Of a stretch of 64,000 nucleotides of DNA, positions 16,938 to 28,900 are shown one piece after another. This DNA comes from Macrostomum hystrix (lineage: Eukaryota; Animalia; Platyhelminthes). Made by a program: the position numbers and the translations under genes. The notes under the pieces are model-generated. The model was not told the origin of the DNA, did no database searches, and saw only the letters and a list, made by a program, of their open reading frames with translations. Within the stretch, counting starts at the first letter, position 1. The number at the start of each line of letters is the position of its first letter. The stretch lies in NCBI GenBank assembly GCA_950097015.1, contig CATNEN010000039.1, positions 1,488,001-1,552,000 of the forward strand, given 5' to 3'.

Positions 16938-19900
16938 CTAGTAGACCCAGTTGACAGGGATCCACTGTGGCCGGGTCTGCGCCTGGTCAATGCACTGGCG
17001 CAGCTCCGCGATGGTCTCATCGATGTCATTGTTAACAATGCGCAGATCGAAGCAATGTCCGTACTGACGGTCCAGCAGCTCGCTCTCCTTGATCAGCCGC
17101 TCCAGGCTGCCGTCCTGGATCAGTGGGGATGCGACATCGTGAATTATCACTGGAAAAATCCCACTGCTCAAACTCTGTTCACACAGACCCAGGAAACTCC
17201 CACTGCTCAAACTGTGCTCACACAGACCCAGGAAACTCCCACTGCTCAAACTCTGCTCACATTGATCCCTTGGGAGTCGCCAACCGCGGCCATGTCTGGA
17301 GCCGCAATGAAGACAACGTAGGGCGCGAACTCCGCCGTGCGCAAAATGCGCAGCGCCTGCGGCTCCACGTCCAGAATGGCCACCCGTCCCTGCCGGTGAA
17401 TCTCGCGTATGGTCTCCAGCTTCGTGCCGTACATGGCATCATCGTGGGTGCCGTACTCCAGGTATTCGTTGTTAGTGATGTCACGCAGCATCTCCTCTCT
17501 GCCAACAAAATAGTAGCTGCGACCGCTGGTCTCGCCTTTGTTTGGTTGCCGGGTGGTATCTGGGGCATGAGCAGAGTGGTGCGGTTCGTGTCTCAGTGAA
17601 AAGCCGCAAGAGTTCATCCCACCGCCGCATGCAACAGCACTCACGCGGAATGGGGTAGGCGAAGCGGTCCGGGGATCCCTGGATCAGGGTGTTCTTGATG
17701 TGGCGCCGGCCGACGCCGTGGGCGCCCAGCAGCACGAGGGTTTTGCGCCGAAAATTAGACAGATGAACCACCTCCTCGTACGTCACCATTTCGAGAAGGT
17801 CAAAGGCGGCTCCAGCAGCTGCCGAGCTGGCGGCGCCAGCGGCACCGGAGGCGTTGGCCGCCACTGCAGCCTTCAGCCTCGGGCGGCCCTTGCCCGCGGC
17901 GGTGCGGCGAGCGAAGGCGAACAGGCCGCCCGAGCAGTTCGAGGCCAGCTGCTGGTCCAGCTTGGCGCGCTCGATGGCGCTGCAGGCGGCACGCCACTCC
18001 TGCAGCTCCGGCGAGGGGATCAGGCTGGCTGGCGTGTTGGGTGCTGCGTTCCACTCGCGGGCCTGCCGGCAGTGTAGGGGCCCTTTAAACTCATTGCCAC
18101 CTCCTCCCATTTTTTAATCTTTCATTCTTCTTTTATGAGTTAACGTGTGTTCGAATCTCCCTAGCCTTGATCATCTCTGAAAATTCCCGTTTTTTAATCA
18201 CTCCCCCAAAAATCCCCTTCTATGATTCCCTCTCCATGTCTGGTCCCATCTCAAAGTATCCCAAATCCTCTCCCTTCTCTCTGCGACCCTGAATTGACGT
18301 GCCGATTTTATTCACAATGTATTCACCTGCCACCAGTTGTGATCATCCTTGCTGATGACCTGCAGGATGTCGCCAACGCGAAATGCGATGCCGGCCTGCG
18401 GGCACGGGTTGAGCTCGTCCTCCTCCGGGTTGTAGTTGAATAACGCCTTCACGTAGATCTTGACGGGTGCAGATTAGGCGGATCAGGGTCGTTATGGAAT
18501 GAGTGGCTTGAGTAGAATGCAGAGCTTTGATAGCGCAATAAGAGTTTACGTACAGTGTGGAGTGAGGTGGGTGTGGAGTGAGGTGGGTGTGGAGTGAGGT
18601 GGATATGGTGTGAGGTGGATGCTGAGTGAGGTGGATGCTGAGTGAGGTGGGTGTGGAGTGAGGTGGATGTGGAGTGAGGTGGATGTGGAGTGAGGTGGAT
18701 TTGGAGTGAGGTGGATGTGGAGTGAGGTGGATGTGGAGTGAGGTGGATGTGGAGTGACGTGGATGTGGAGTGAGGTGGGTGCTGAGTGAGTTGGGTGTGG
18801 AGTGAGGTGGGTGCTGAGTGAGGTGGGTGTGCAGTGAGGTGGATGTGGAGTGAGGTGTTTGAAGTTATGACAGCTCTTAAGATATGAGGGAGAACGATAC
18901 CACACTCCAGCTGGTTTAGGTGACTCCTGGGTTGGGTTCAAAAATATTAAACTTTTTGGAGTGGGTTGGTTTCGTACTTCTTTTTGATCGGAGAAAATTC
19001 TAACAATAATTTAAGATTCAACTGACACCAATAATATAACATATTTTTGCTGAAACTGAAACAATGCAGAAAATGTGCCAAATAGCTACAATTAGACCAG
19101 CGCGAGCAATTATGGTCTAAATTAGTTATTTGCTTTGACGGACAGGTAAAACTATTTACAGCGGAGTAATCGATGGACTAGTAACTAAAAAGGCAACAAA
19201 AGCAATACAGTGACTCAAGCATTGAACTGATAATAGGCCAAATGCACAATGCAGTGATTCTTTTGTTTAGCAAGGTTGATAGCTTTGTAGAAATTGTGCT
19301 TGAATAAATTATAACGATCACAAGCCATACGTAGGCTGTGGACGGACAAGTAGTCTAACACGCATATGATGGTGTCCGTGAAACACAAACAAACAACAGC
19401 CCGCCTCACTGGCACTGCACAGGAACCTGCAGGCTGCCTACCTCGCACTGCATTGGCTGGTAGCGGTAGCTGGGCACGATTTTCAGGGTCACACTGCCGC
19501 GAGACTCCTTCTGAAAGACGGGTGATTCGCTGACCTTGTGAGTGAGGGGCCTGAGGAGACCGGGAGATGCCGCTGCAGAACAAATCAAGGTCAAGCCTTG
19601 CACACCAAACTGGCAATCAAAGTGGGGTCTGTGATTGTTTCCAAGCCAACTGCTCAAACTGACAAATATGCATTTGAGCTCTATGGATGCACAATCAGAG
19701 TGCTGTGGTGTTTAGCAATTATGCAATGATAGTAGTAAGCAATATGATAGTTTATCATTTAGGCCATTGGCGCCGATAAATAATTTTCTACAGGTGCCTT
19801 TCCTATAAAATAGTGCGTTTATTTCCCTCCGGTGGGATCTTTCAGGGCCTTTCATTGGCCCTCAGCTCGACCTTTGATTAGGTCTGACATCTTCCATCGG

Positions 19901-22900
19901 TCTTCTGTTCCATTGGGTCATTGATTGGGCCTTCACTTGAGTCTTACGTTGGCTCTTTCCTTGGGTCTTTCCTTGGGTCCTTCCTTGGGTCCTTCCTTGG
20001 GTCCTTTGGGTCTTTCCTTGGGTCCTTCCTTGGGTCCTTCTTTGGGTCTTTCCTTGGGTCCTTCCTTGGGTCCTTCCTTGGGTCCTTCCTTGGGTCCTTC
20101 TTTGGGTCTTTCCTTGGGTCTTTCCTTGGGTCTTTCCTTGGGTCCTTCCTTGGGTCCTTCCTTGGGTCCTTCTTTGGGTCTTTCCTTGGGTCCTTCCTTG
20201 GGTCCTTCCTTGGGTCTTTCCTTGGGTCCTTCCTTGGGTCCTTCCTTGGGTCCTTCCTTGGGTCCTTCCTTGGGTCCTTCCTTGGGTCCTTCCTTGGGTC
20301 CTTCCTTGGGTCTTTCCTTGGGTCCTTCCTTGGGTCTTTCCTTGGGTCTTTCCTTGGGTCCTTCCTTGGGTCTTTCCTTGGGTCTTTCCTTGGGTCCTTC
20401 CTTGGGTCCTTCCTTGGGTCTTTCCTTGGGTCTTTCCTTGGGTCCTTCCTTGGGTCTTTCCTTGGGTCTTTCCTTGGGTCCTTCCTTGGGTCCTTCCTTG
20501 GGTCCTTCCTTGGGTCCTTCCTTGGGTCTTTCCTTGGGTCCTTCCTTGGGTCTTTCGTTGGGTCTTTCCTTGGGTCTTTCTTTGGGTCTTTTCTTGGGTC
20601 TTCCCATGGCTATTTTCTTTAGGTCTTCCCTCTGCTCTGGCGTGTGGTTCTGAAGCTTCCATGGACCATTGTCACGCACTCATTGTTGAGTAGGGAAGCA
20701 TAAATTATAGCATAAATAATTCAACCCTAGATGTAACAGCTATATATGAATGCAGGGCTTACTGTGTGAAGAGTATCATTGGTGGGGAGGTGGCTTAGCA
20801 CCAGAACTGGTCGCACTAAAAGTATCAGAATTGGCAGCTGTGAAACCCGCATGCATCTAACACACTTGCGAGCAATTCTCAGCATGGAGGCAAGTCATTT
20901 AATAATTTAGCCTTGGCTGGAGACAACGCGTGTTTTCTGGCGGCAAGCAGTTGGAACAGGCCTCGCTACATGCTGGCTGGTTCTAGGTGAGCACTTGAGC
21001 TCGCATAAGGCAATAAACTCAATGGGAATACTTGCTGATGGGATCAGAGCAGGACACTGAGATTATCAGAGCTGGACACTGAGATTATCAGAGCTGGACA
21101 CTAAGATTATCAGAGCTGAGATTATCAGAGCTGGACACTGAGATTATCAGAGCTGGACACTGAGATTATCAGAGCTGAGATTATCAGAGCTGGACACTGA
21201 GATTATCAGAGCTGGACACTGAGATTATCAGAGCTGGACACTGAGATTATCAGAGCTGAGATTATCAGAGCTGGACACTGAGATTATCAGAGCTGGACAC
21301 TAAGATTATCAGAGCTGAGATTATCAGAGCTGGACACTAAGATTATCAGAGCTGGACACTGAGATTATCAGAGCTGAGATTATCAGAGCTGAGATTATCA
21401 GAGCTGGACACTGAGATTATCAGAGCTGAGATTATCAGAGCTGAGATTATCAGAGCTGGACACTGAGATTATCAGAGCTGGACACTGAGATTATCAGAGC
21501 TGGACACTGAGATTATCAGAGCTGAGATTATCAGAGCTGGACACTGAGATTATCAGAGCTGAGATTATCAGAGCTGGACACTGAGATTATCAGAGCTGAG
21601 ATTATCAGAGCTGGACACTGAGATTATCAGAGCTGGACACTGAGATTATCAGAAGTGGACACTGGGATTATCAGAGCTGGACACTGAGATTATCAGAGCT
21701 GGACACTGAGATTATCAGAGCTGGACACTGGGATTATCAGAGCTGGACACTGGGATTATCAGAGCTGGACACTGAGATTATCAGAAATGGACACCGAGAT
21801 GATCAGAAATGGACACTGAGATTATCAGAAATGGACACTGAGATTATCAGAAATGGACACTGAGATTATCAGAAATGGACAGGTCCGCATTCCCAGCAGA
21901 ACAGGCAGTTACCTCCTTGAACAGCGAGGCCCGGTGAGCGCACAGCATGTGTGACAGGTTGGGCACAATCTTAATGGTAACCATGCCCTGCAGTTGTTTC
22001 TGGGAGACATTGTCGGAGGTCAATTATTAGGCAAAATTTTGTTAAAGTAGTAATGGAAAGTAAAACAAGCGGATGAAAATGATAGGTCACAATCATCCCA
22101 AAAATTGGAAATGTTAAAATGTAAGAAAAATAAGTTGCCATGTTACCAGGTAACAATTAACTCACCAGCATTCTCTGCAGCACCTCCACTGAGTGGCCAA
22201 TCACGGGTTCGCCGTTGATTTCTCGAATCTCGTCTCCGATGTGCAAAGTGCCTGAATTTGAATTGGGGCTCCAACTCAGCAAGCTGGCCTCCTACACATG
22301 AGCTGCAATCAACTCAGCAAGCTGGCCTCCTACACATGAGCTGCAATCAACTCAGCAAGCTGGCCTCCTAGACATGAGCTGCAATCAACTCAGCAAGCTG
22401 GCCTCCTAGACATGAGCTGCAATCAACTCAGTAAGCTGGTCTCCTAGACATGAGCTGCAATCAACTCAGCAAGCTGGTCTCCTAGACATGAGTTGCAATC
22501 AAAGCCCAGCTCACTCACCTTGCCTGTGGATCATGCCCCCATGCATGATTCTGGCCACAATAATTCGGCCATCCTCGGACATCTTCAGGGTGATGCCCTG
22601 CGGAGTATTCGAGGATTTCGCTGAGTAGCTGGGGATCTGGCTGAGTAGCTGAGGATCTGGCTGAGTAGTTAAGAATCTGGCTGAGAAGTTAAGGATCTGG
22701 CTGAGTAGTTGAGGATCTGGCTGAGTAGCTGAGGATTTGGCTGAGTAGTTGAGGATCTGGCTGAGAAGTTAAGGATCTGGCTGAGAAGTTAAGGATCTGG
22801 CTGAGAAGTTAAGGATCTGGCTGAGAAGTTAAGGATCTGGCTGAGAAGTTAAGGATCTGGCTGAGAAGTTGAGGATCTGGCTGAGAAGTTAAGGATCTGG

Positions 22901-25900
22901 CTGAGAAGTTAAGGATCTGGCTGAGAAGTTAAGGATCTGGCTGAGAAGTTGAGGATCTGGCTGAGTAGTTGAGGATCTGGCTGAGTAGTTGAGGATCTGG
23001 CTGAGTAGTTGAGGATCTGGCTGAGTAGTTAAGGATCTGGCTGAGTAGTTGAGGATCTGGCTGAGTAGTTGAGGATCTGGCTGAGTAGTTAAGGATCTGG
23101 CTGAGTAGTTAAGGATCTGGCTGAGTAGTTGAGGATCTGGCTGAGTAGTTGAGGATCTGGCTGAGTAGTTGAGGATATGGCTGAGTAGTTGAGGATCTGG
23201 CTGAGAAGTTAAGGATCTGGCTGAGAAGTTAAGGATCTGGCTGAGAAGTTAAGGATCTGGCTGAGAAGTTGAGGATCTGGCTGAGTAGTTGAGGATCTGG
23301 CTGAGTAGTTGAGGATCTGGCTGAGTAGTTGAGGATCTGGCTGAGTAGTTAAGGATCTGGCTGAGAAGTTAAGGATCTGGCTGAGAAGTTAAGGATCTGG
23401 CTGAGAAGTTAAGGATCTGGCTGAGTAGTTGAGGATCTGGCTGAGAAGTTAAGGATCTGGCTGAGAAGTTGAGGATCTGGCTGAGAAGTTAAGGATCTGG
23501 CTGAGAAGTTGAGGATCTGGCTGAGAAGTTAAGGATCTGGCTGAGAAGTTAAGGATCTGGCTGAGTAGTTAAGGATCTGGCTGAGAAGTTAAGGATCTGG
23601 CTGAGTAGTTAAGGATCTGGCTGAGAAGTTAAGGATCTGGCTGAGAAGTTGAGGATCTGGCTGAGAAGTTAAGGATCTGGCTGAGAAGTTAAGGATCTGG
23701 CTGAGAAGTTGAGGATATGGCTGAGAAGTTAAGGATCTGGCTGAGTAGTTAAGGATCTAAGGCATCTGAGTATTTTAGAGGCCATATTCCGATTCTGTCT
23801 CCTAGCTCACCATGGGCTCGTTGGTGTTCTTCTGGAACTGCACCAGGCGCACTCGAGTCACCGTGTCAATGTCCGTGTCGACACTTTCGTCTGTGTCGCC
23901 GTTCAGGTAGGAGGACATCGGCGGCGGTGTCACTCGCACAGCTTCGTTGCCGTAGACATCGTGAGCGAGGACATCGTGCGCTTGTAGTAGGGCCTGTACA
24001 GTCATCGGGGCAATAGGGTGGGCTTGGAAGCTTACAGGGCTCCAGAGTTCTAGAATGTTCTAGAAGTACATGAAAAGTACATGAAAGTATTGGAAAGAGA
24101 TATTGACGCATTTCCTCACCCTGAAGTGGGCCTGGTTCATCAGCAGCCGCAGCTCCTGGCAGTCTTCGGCTGCGTCGCCATTTCGACACTCGGCCAGAGC
24201 ATCGAGCACGTCACGCGCCCGCGTGACAGCGTCGTCCGGCACCCGACCGCGGATGGCTGAGCCGCTCAAACTGCGGCTGTTGATGTGGTCGTACAGCTGT
24301 GGTCGGGGGGAAGCGTGTGGTTGATGCACAATTAGACGATGAATAAATTATTTTCTGGACTGCGGACACCGAAATCAGCAGAAGGCAGCTGAAAGGCGGA
24401 AGGCCGAATCCCAGTGCCCTAATCGAACTCAGGTGCGGAAGGTGGAAATCGGTCTCACCTCCAAGCTGGGCATCTCCAGAGCGCTGGAGACCCACAGAAG
24501 GGTCAGGCACTCGTACACACCCTTGCGCAATGCCACCAGCCTGGCCTGCAGTGGGTCGCATCTCTGGTCCATGTGCGGGCTGGCAGGTGTGCTCAACTCT
24601 TCTCAGATGGGGCCGGCCAGCAAGGTCAGGGAGAAAATGTGAGCGCCGAGAAAGCAAGTCGCAGCCCACGTCCCATTTTATGTGGAGTTGGGAGTTGAGC
24701 TGGCGGCACGCGAACTCACTGAGATTGGGCTCCCCCTCCCCGAGAAAAATTTTCTGGTCTGTTTTTAGCAAGAGCTCTTCGGGATGACTCTCGCATCCAG
24801 TTCCTCCGCCTGTCTCAGCGGGCTCCCCAATCCATTCAGTTATTGCCCAAGGAAAGCCGGAATCAGTGGATGCGCCGGGAGCAGGTCTTCGGTCCCGGTC
24901 ACGCCCGGCCCGGACTCAAAGACTTTGAGAAGCGAGGTCTCAGAGAGGACGCGCCTCCTCCGGCCTCCTTTGAGCCGGCCGCTAATGATGCGACACAAAT
25001 TGCTGCGACCCCTGGCTCGCCTCCTTCTCCCAGCTCAGTCCAGTTTTGTACAAAGCAGAATCGATTTCAGGAAAGGAGGCGGCCCCTCAACTGAAATCTC
25101 AGCCGCTGCCACCCCGGCCCGGCCTCTTCCAAAGCCTCTTGTGAAGAAGAAATCAAGAAAAAGGGGGCCGAAGGTAGGCCTGGAATGCCCGGCGCACGCA
25201 GAGATTGAATTAGGCTGCAAGAAGAAGGGCCTGCTTTCGCAGGAGCAGCGGTGAAGCGCAGCCGCTGGAGGGGCATCGATCCGGCGCAAATTGATGGCGG
25301 AGGGGGACGTGTTCAGGCTAATGCGGCGCTGATCACTAGGGCGGAGGGTGGCTGTGGCCAGGCGTGAGCCAGTGCCAGCAGTGCCACTCCGCTGCGTGCG
25401 AGCGAGTCGAAACCCCGGCTGCCAACGTCACTTCAGATTTGGTCCGCCCCATTCGGGTTCGCCTCGTCGGGACCTCTCGGCGAGAGAAAACACCGACTAG
25501 AAAATCCTCACTGGCCCCTCCACGGCAGAAGAAGATGGTTGCAGCTGCTGTGGAGAACTGGCCTCGCTTCATTTTTCATAATCTTTCTCCTATTTCCCGT
25601 CGCGTGGGCATTGATGCATCGGTTTGTATGCAAATTGCATTGAGCTGCTTGTAACAAAAACGTGGCCCCTCAGCAGTCGGTGTGGACAGTGACTTTGATC
25701 ATATCTGACAATGTTTTCCAGCCGCATCCGGCCAGCCGCCCCTGCCACCAGTGCCGCTGCGATGCGGCCGCGGACAGCTTTGAGCCAGCAAAATAATTGC
25801 CGCCCTGAGCGAAACTGCTCACACAGTGCCTGATGCGCCCAAGCAAAAGTGCTTGAACTGCTTTTTCAGGCTGCTGCAGGACGGCTGAGAGACGCGTGGC

Positions 25901-28900
25901 ACCGTGAACTTTGGATTGCTTGCTAGATACCCTGAAACTTCAGATACCCTGAAACTTGAGTTACCCTGAAACTTCAGATACCCTGAAACTTGAGTTACCC
26001 TGAAACTTCAGATACCCTGAAACTTGAGTTACCCTGAAACTTGAGTTACCCTGAAACTTCAGATATCCTGAGAGTTCAGATTCCCCCGACCCACCAAGCA
26101 AAGTCTCTCCCAAATCCGACCAACGCCGGCGACATCGATCGGGCCGTCGCTTAAATCACGAACGACTGAGGACAAATGGCAGGACTGCTGCTGTTGAATC
26201 TGCTCCTGCTGCTGCTGCTGCTGCTGCTGATGCTGCTGTAGTCGCTTCAGCGGCGGTGTTGGCGGAATGTCGGAGATAGAGCCAGAGCGGTCGCCAGCCT
26301 CCGAGTCGGACAGTTCATGAAGCTTCAGCCGTGAGGCGTTGATGACCCCGTAGAGAAGCATGACCGTGTCCCGGACGGAGTCCATCGTCATCAGCGCCGC
26401 GTCATCGTCCAAGGCGCTAAGATCGTCGTCATCGCCATCATCGGCCTCGCCGTCGCCGTCATCTTCATCAACTTTGATTACGTTGTGCTGGCTCTGATTT
26501 GCAGCGAGATCAACGGCGACTGGGGGCGAAAGCAGTGGCTGCGGCTGCAAATCAACAGCGCCACCGGATGGCTCGGATATCGGGAACTCGGACAGGGCAG
26601 TCTCGGCCAATCGCTGGCCAGATGCGGCCGAGCCCGCGTCCTCATTCTCGCCATTGTTCTCATCGTTTTCACCATCGTCGTCACCGTAGTCTTCAGCGTC
26701 GTGCCCGTTGCCGTTACTGAGGAAGCCGAACCGGCGCACGGGAGTTGAGGCCGAGGAGGCGAGCTCGCGGCGGTTCGAGTTCAGACAGCCGGAGCTGTGG
26801 TAGTAGGTGCACGTGCAATTCTCCTGCTGCGGACAGGGCTCAAAATGCTGGCGGTGGTGTGGCTGCTGCCGCTGCTGCTGCTGACTTCGATGCGGTTGAG
26901 CGTAGGGAAGCTGGGGATTTCGACGATTGAGAAGTATGCCTTGCTGAATCGGCTGCTGCTGCTGCTGCTGCGACCGACGTCGGGCTCCGAATGAGGCTGG
27001 CGTAGCTTCCACCCCAGAGAAGTCGCCAGGATCGTCGGGAACGCACCAAGAGGCCGGAAGAGTCATCGGCTGCGAGGCGGCTAAGGTAAATCGAAGGGGA
27101 TCGCCAGGGTCGTCACCACCGCCGCCGCAGGTACACGGAAGAAGCTGCTGCTGCTGCAGCATCTGCTGGTGCTGACGCCGAGAGCTGCTATTGACCAGCA
27201 CGGATCCAGCTGAGCCGCGCCACTGGGGTGGCTGCAACTGCCCCGGGAATGCTAGGAGCTGCGACAACGGCGGCGGTAGCGGTGGTAACGGAGGCAGCGG
27301 CGGAGGAGTCGGCGTAGCCAGCCGTTCATCGGCGCCGTTGTCAGCGAACTCAGGCGGCGGCGGCGGAAGCGCCTGCACGGCGGCGGCAGCGGCCAGGGAG
27401 TAGCGCAGGGCCTCCACCACGCTGTCCCAGTCCCACAGCTGCCGCTGCATGCAGGCCAGGCGGTGAGGCTTGAAGGCGGTTGCGGAGCTCCGGCTCAAAC
27501 TGAGCTACTTCCTCTCCCTCTCTCTCACTCTGGCGAGCGAGTAGCCAGTTATTTATCTCCGATAGGCGGGCAATTTATTCGTTTCAGATATTTCTGCTAC
27601 AGTGTGTGCGCGCAGGCTTTTCAGCCAGGGCAGAGGAAACTTCTATTCCCAAGCAGCGCAGATCGAGTCAGGCAGATAAGGGGAGACGGGAGAGAAAGTC
27701 TGGGCAGGAAGGCGCTGCAAGGGATTCGGCCAACGGCTTCCGAGTGAGATAACGCGGAGGCCCTGCAGGGATAGGCTGCTGCTGTGCGGTGGATAACCGC
27801 TTCTCACACTCTCTCACCAGCGCCCTCTCCTCCCACATCCCTCCCGACTCTCCTCTTGTCTAATTTGGCGGCCACTTGAACTCCCCGACGAAGCCAGAAG
27901 AGGAGAGGGGACAGGAGCGGGAGAGGAGGCTGGGATCGGAGAGTCTTGCATTGGAAAACAAGCGCATTTTGTGCCTCTCTATTCGACAACAAATGGCTCC
28001 CGCCTGTTCAGCCGTCCTTCACCTTCATCAGGCAGTCCAGCACTGCTTGAGTGCTTGAGTGCTGCGTGAGTTCCAGTCACTCTGACTGAAATGAAGGTGG
28101 ACAAGTCCTGGGCACAGCAGCTAATGGGCTGCGCTGCGTTTTTAGGGCAGCAAGGGCGAAGATCCCTTAAAGCATGGGAAGACTTGTAAGCCGCGAATAA
28201 TAATGATAAGGCGAGATAACACCTAGACTGAGGCAGGGAGTCTGCGTACTGAGGTGTACTGTGCTGGACTACTGGAATATAGGAACGGTGTGGGGTAGAG
28301 AGGCTCAAACTGCTGCAACTGTCAGTTGTGGGGTAGGGTGACTGGGGTGTCACAAGTGGGGCAGGGTGACTGGGGTGTCACAAGTGGGGCAGGGTGACTG
28401 GGGTGTCACAAGTGGGGCAGGGTGACTGGGGTGTCACAAGTGGGGCAGGGTGACTGGGGTGTCACAAGTGGGGCAGGGTGACTGGGGTGTCACAAGTGGG
28501 GCAGGGTGACAGGGGTGTCACAAGTGGGGGCAGGGTAGCTGGGCTGTCACAAGTGGGGTAGGGTGGCTAGGCTGTCACAAGTGGGGCAGGGTAGCTGGGC
28601 TGTCACAAGTGGGGGCAGGGTAGCTGGGCTGTCACAAGTGGGGTAGGGTGGCTAGGCTGTCACAAGTGGGGCAGGGTAGCTGGGCTGTCACAAGTGGGGG
28701 CAGGGTAGCTGGGCTGTCACAAGTGGGGTAGGGTGGCTAGGCTGTCACAAGTGGGGCAGGGTAGCTGGGCTGTCACAAGTGGGGGTAGGGTGGCTGGGCT
28801 GTCACAAGTGGGGCAGGGAAGCTGGGCTGTCACAAGTGGGGTAGGGTGGCTAGGCTGTCACAAGTGGGGCAGGGTAGCTGGGCTGTCACAAGTGGGGTAG

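Noticed and set aside
19862-20679. KEGP/TQGR repeat proteins
   Set aside because: 12-bp intronic minisatellite open in four frames; CASK splices correctly without it.
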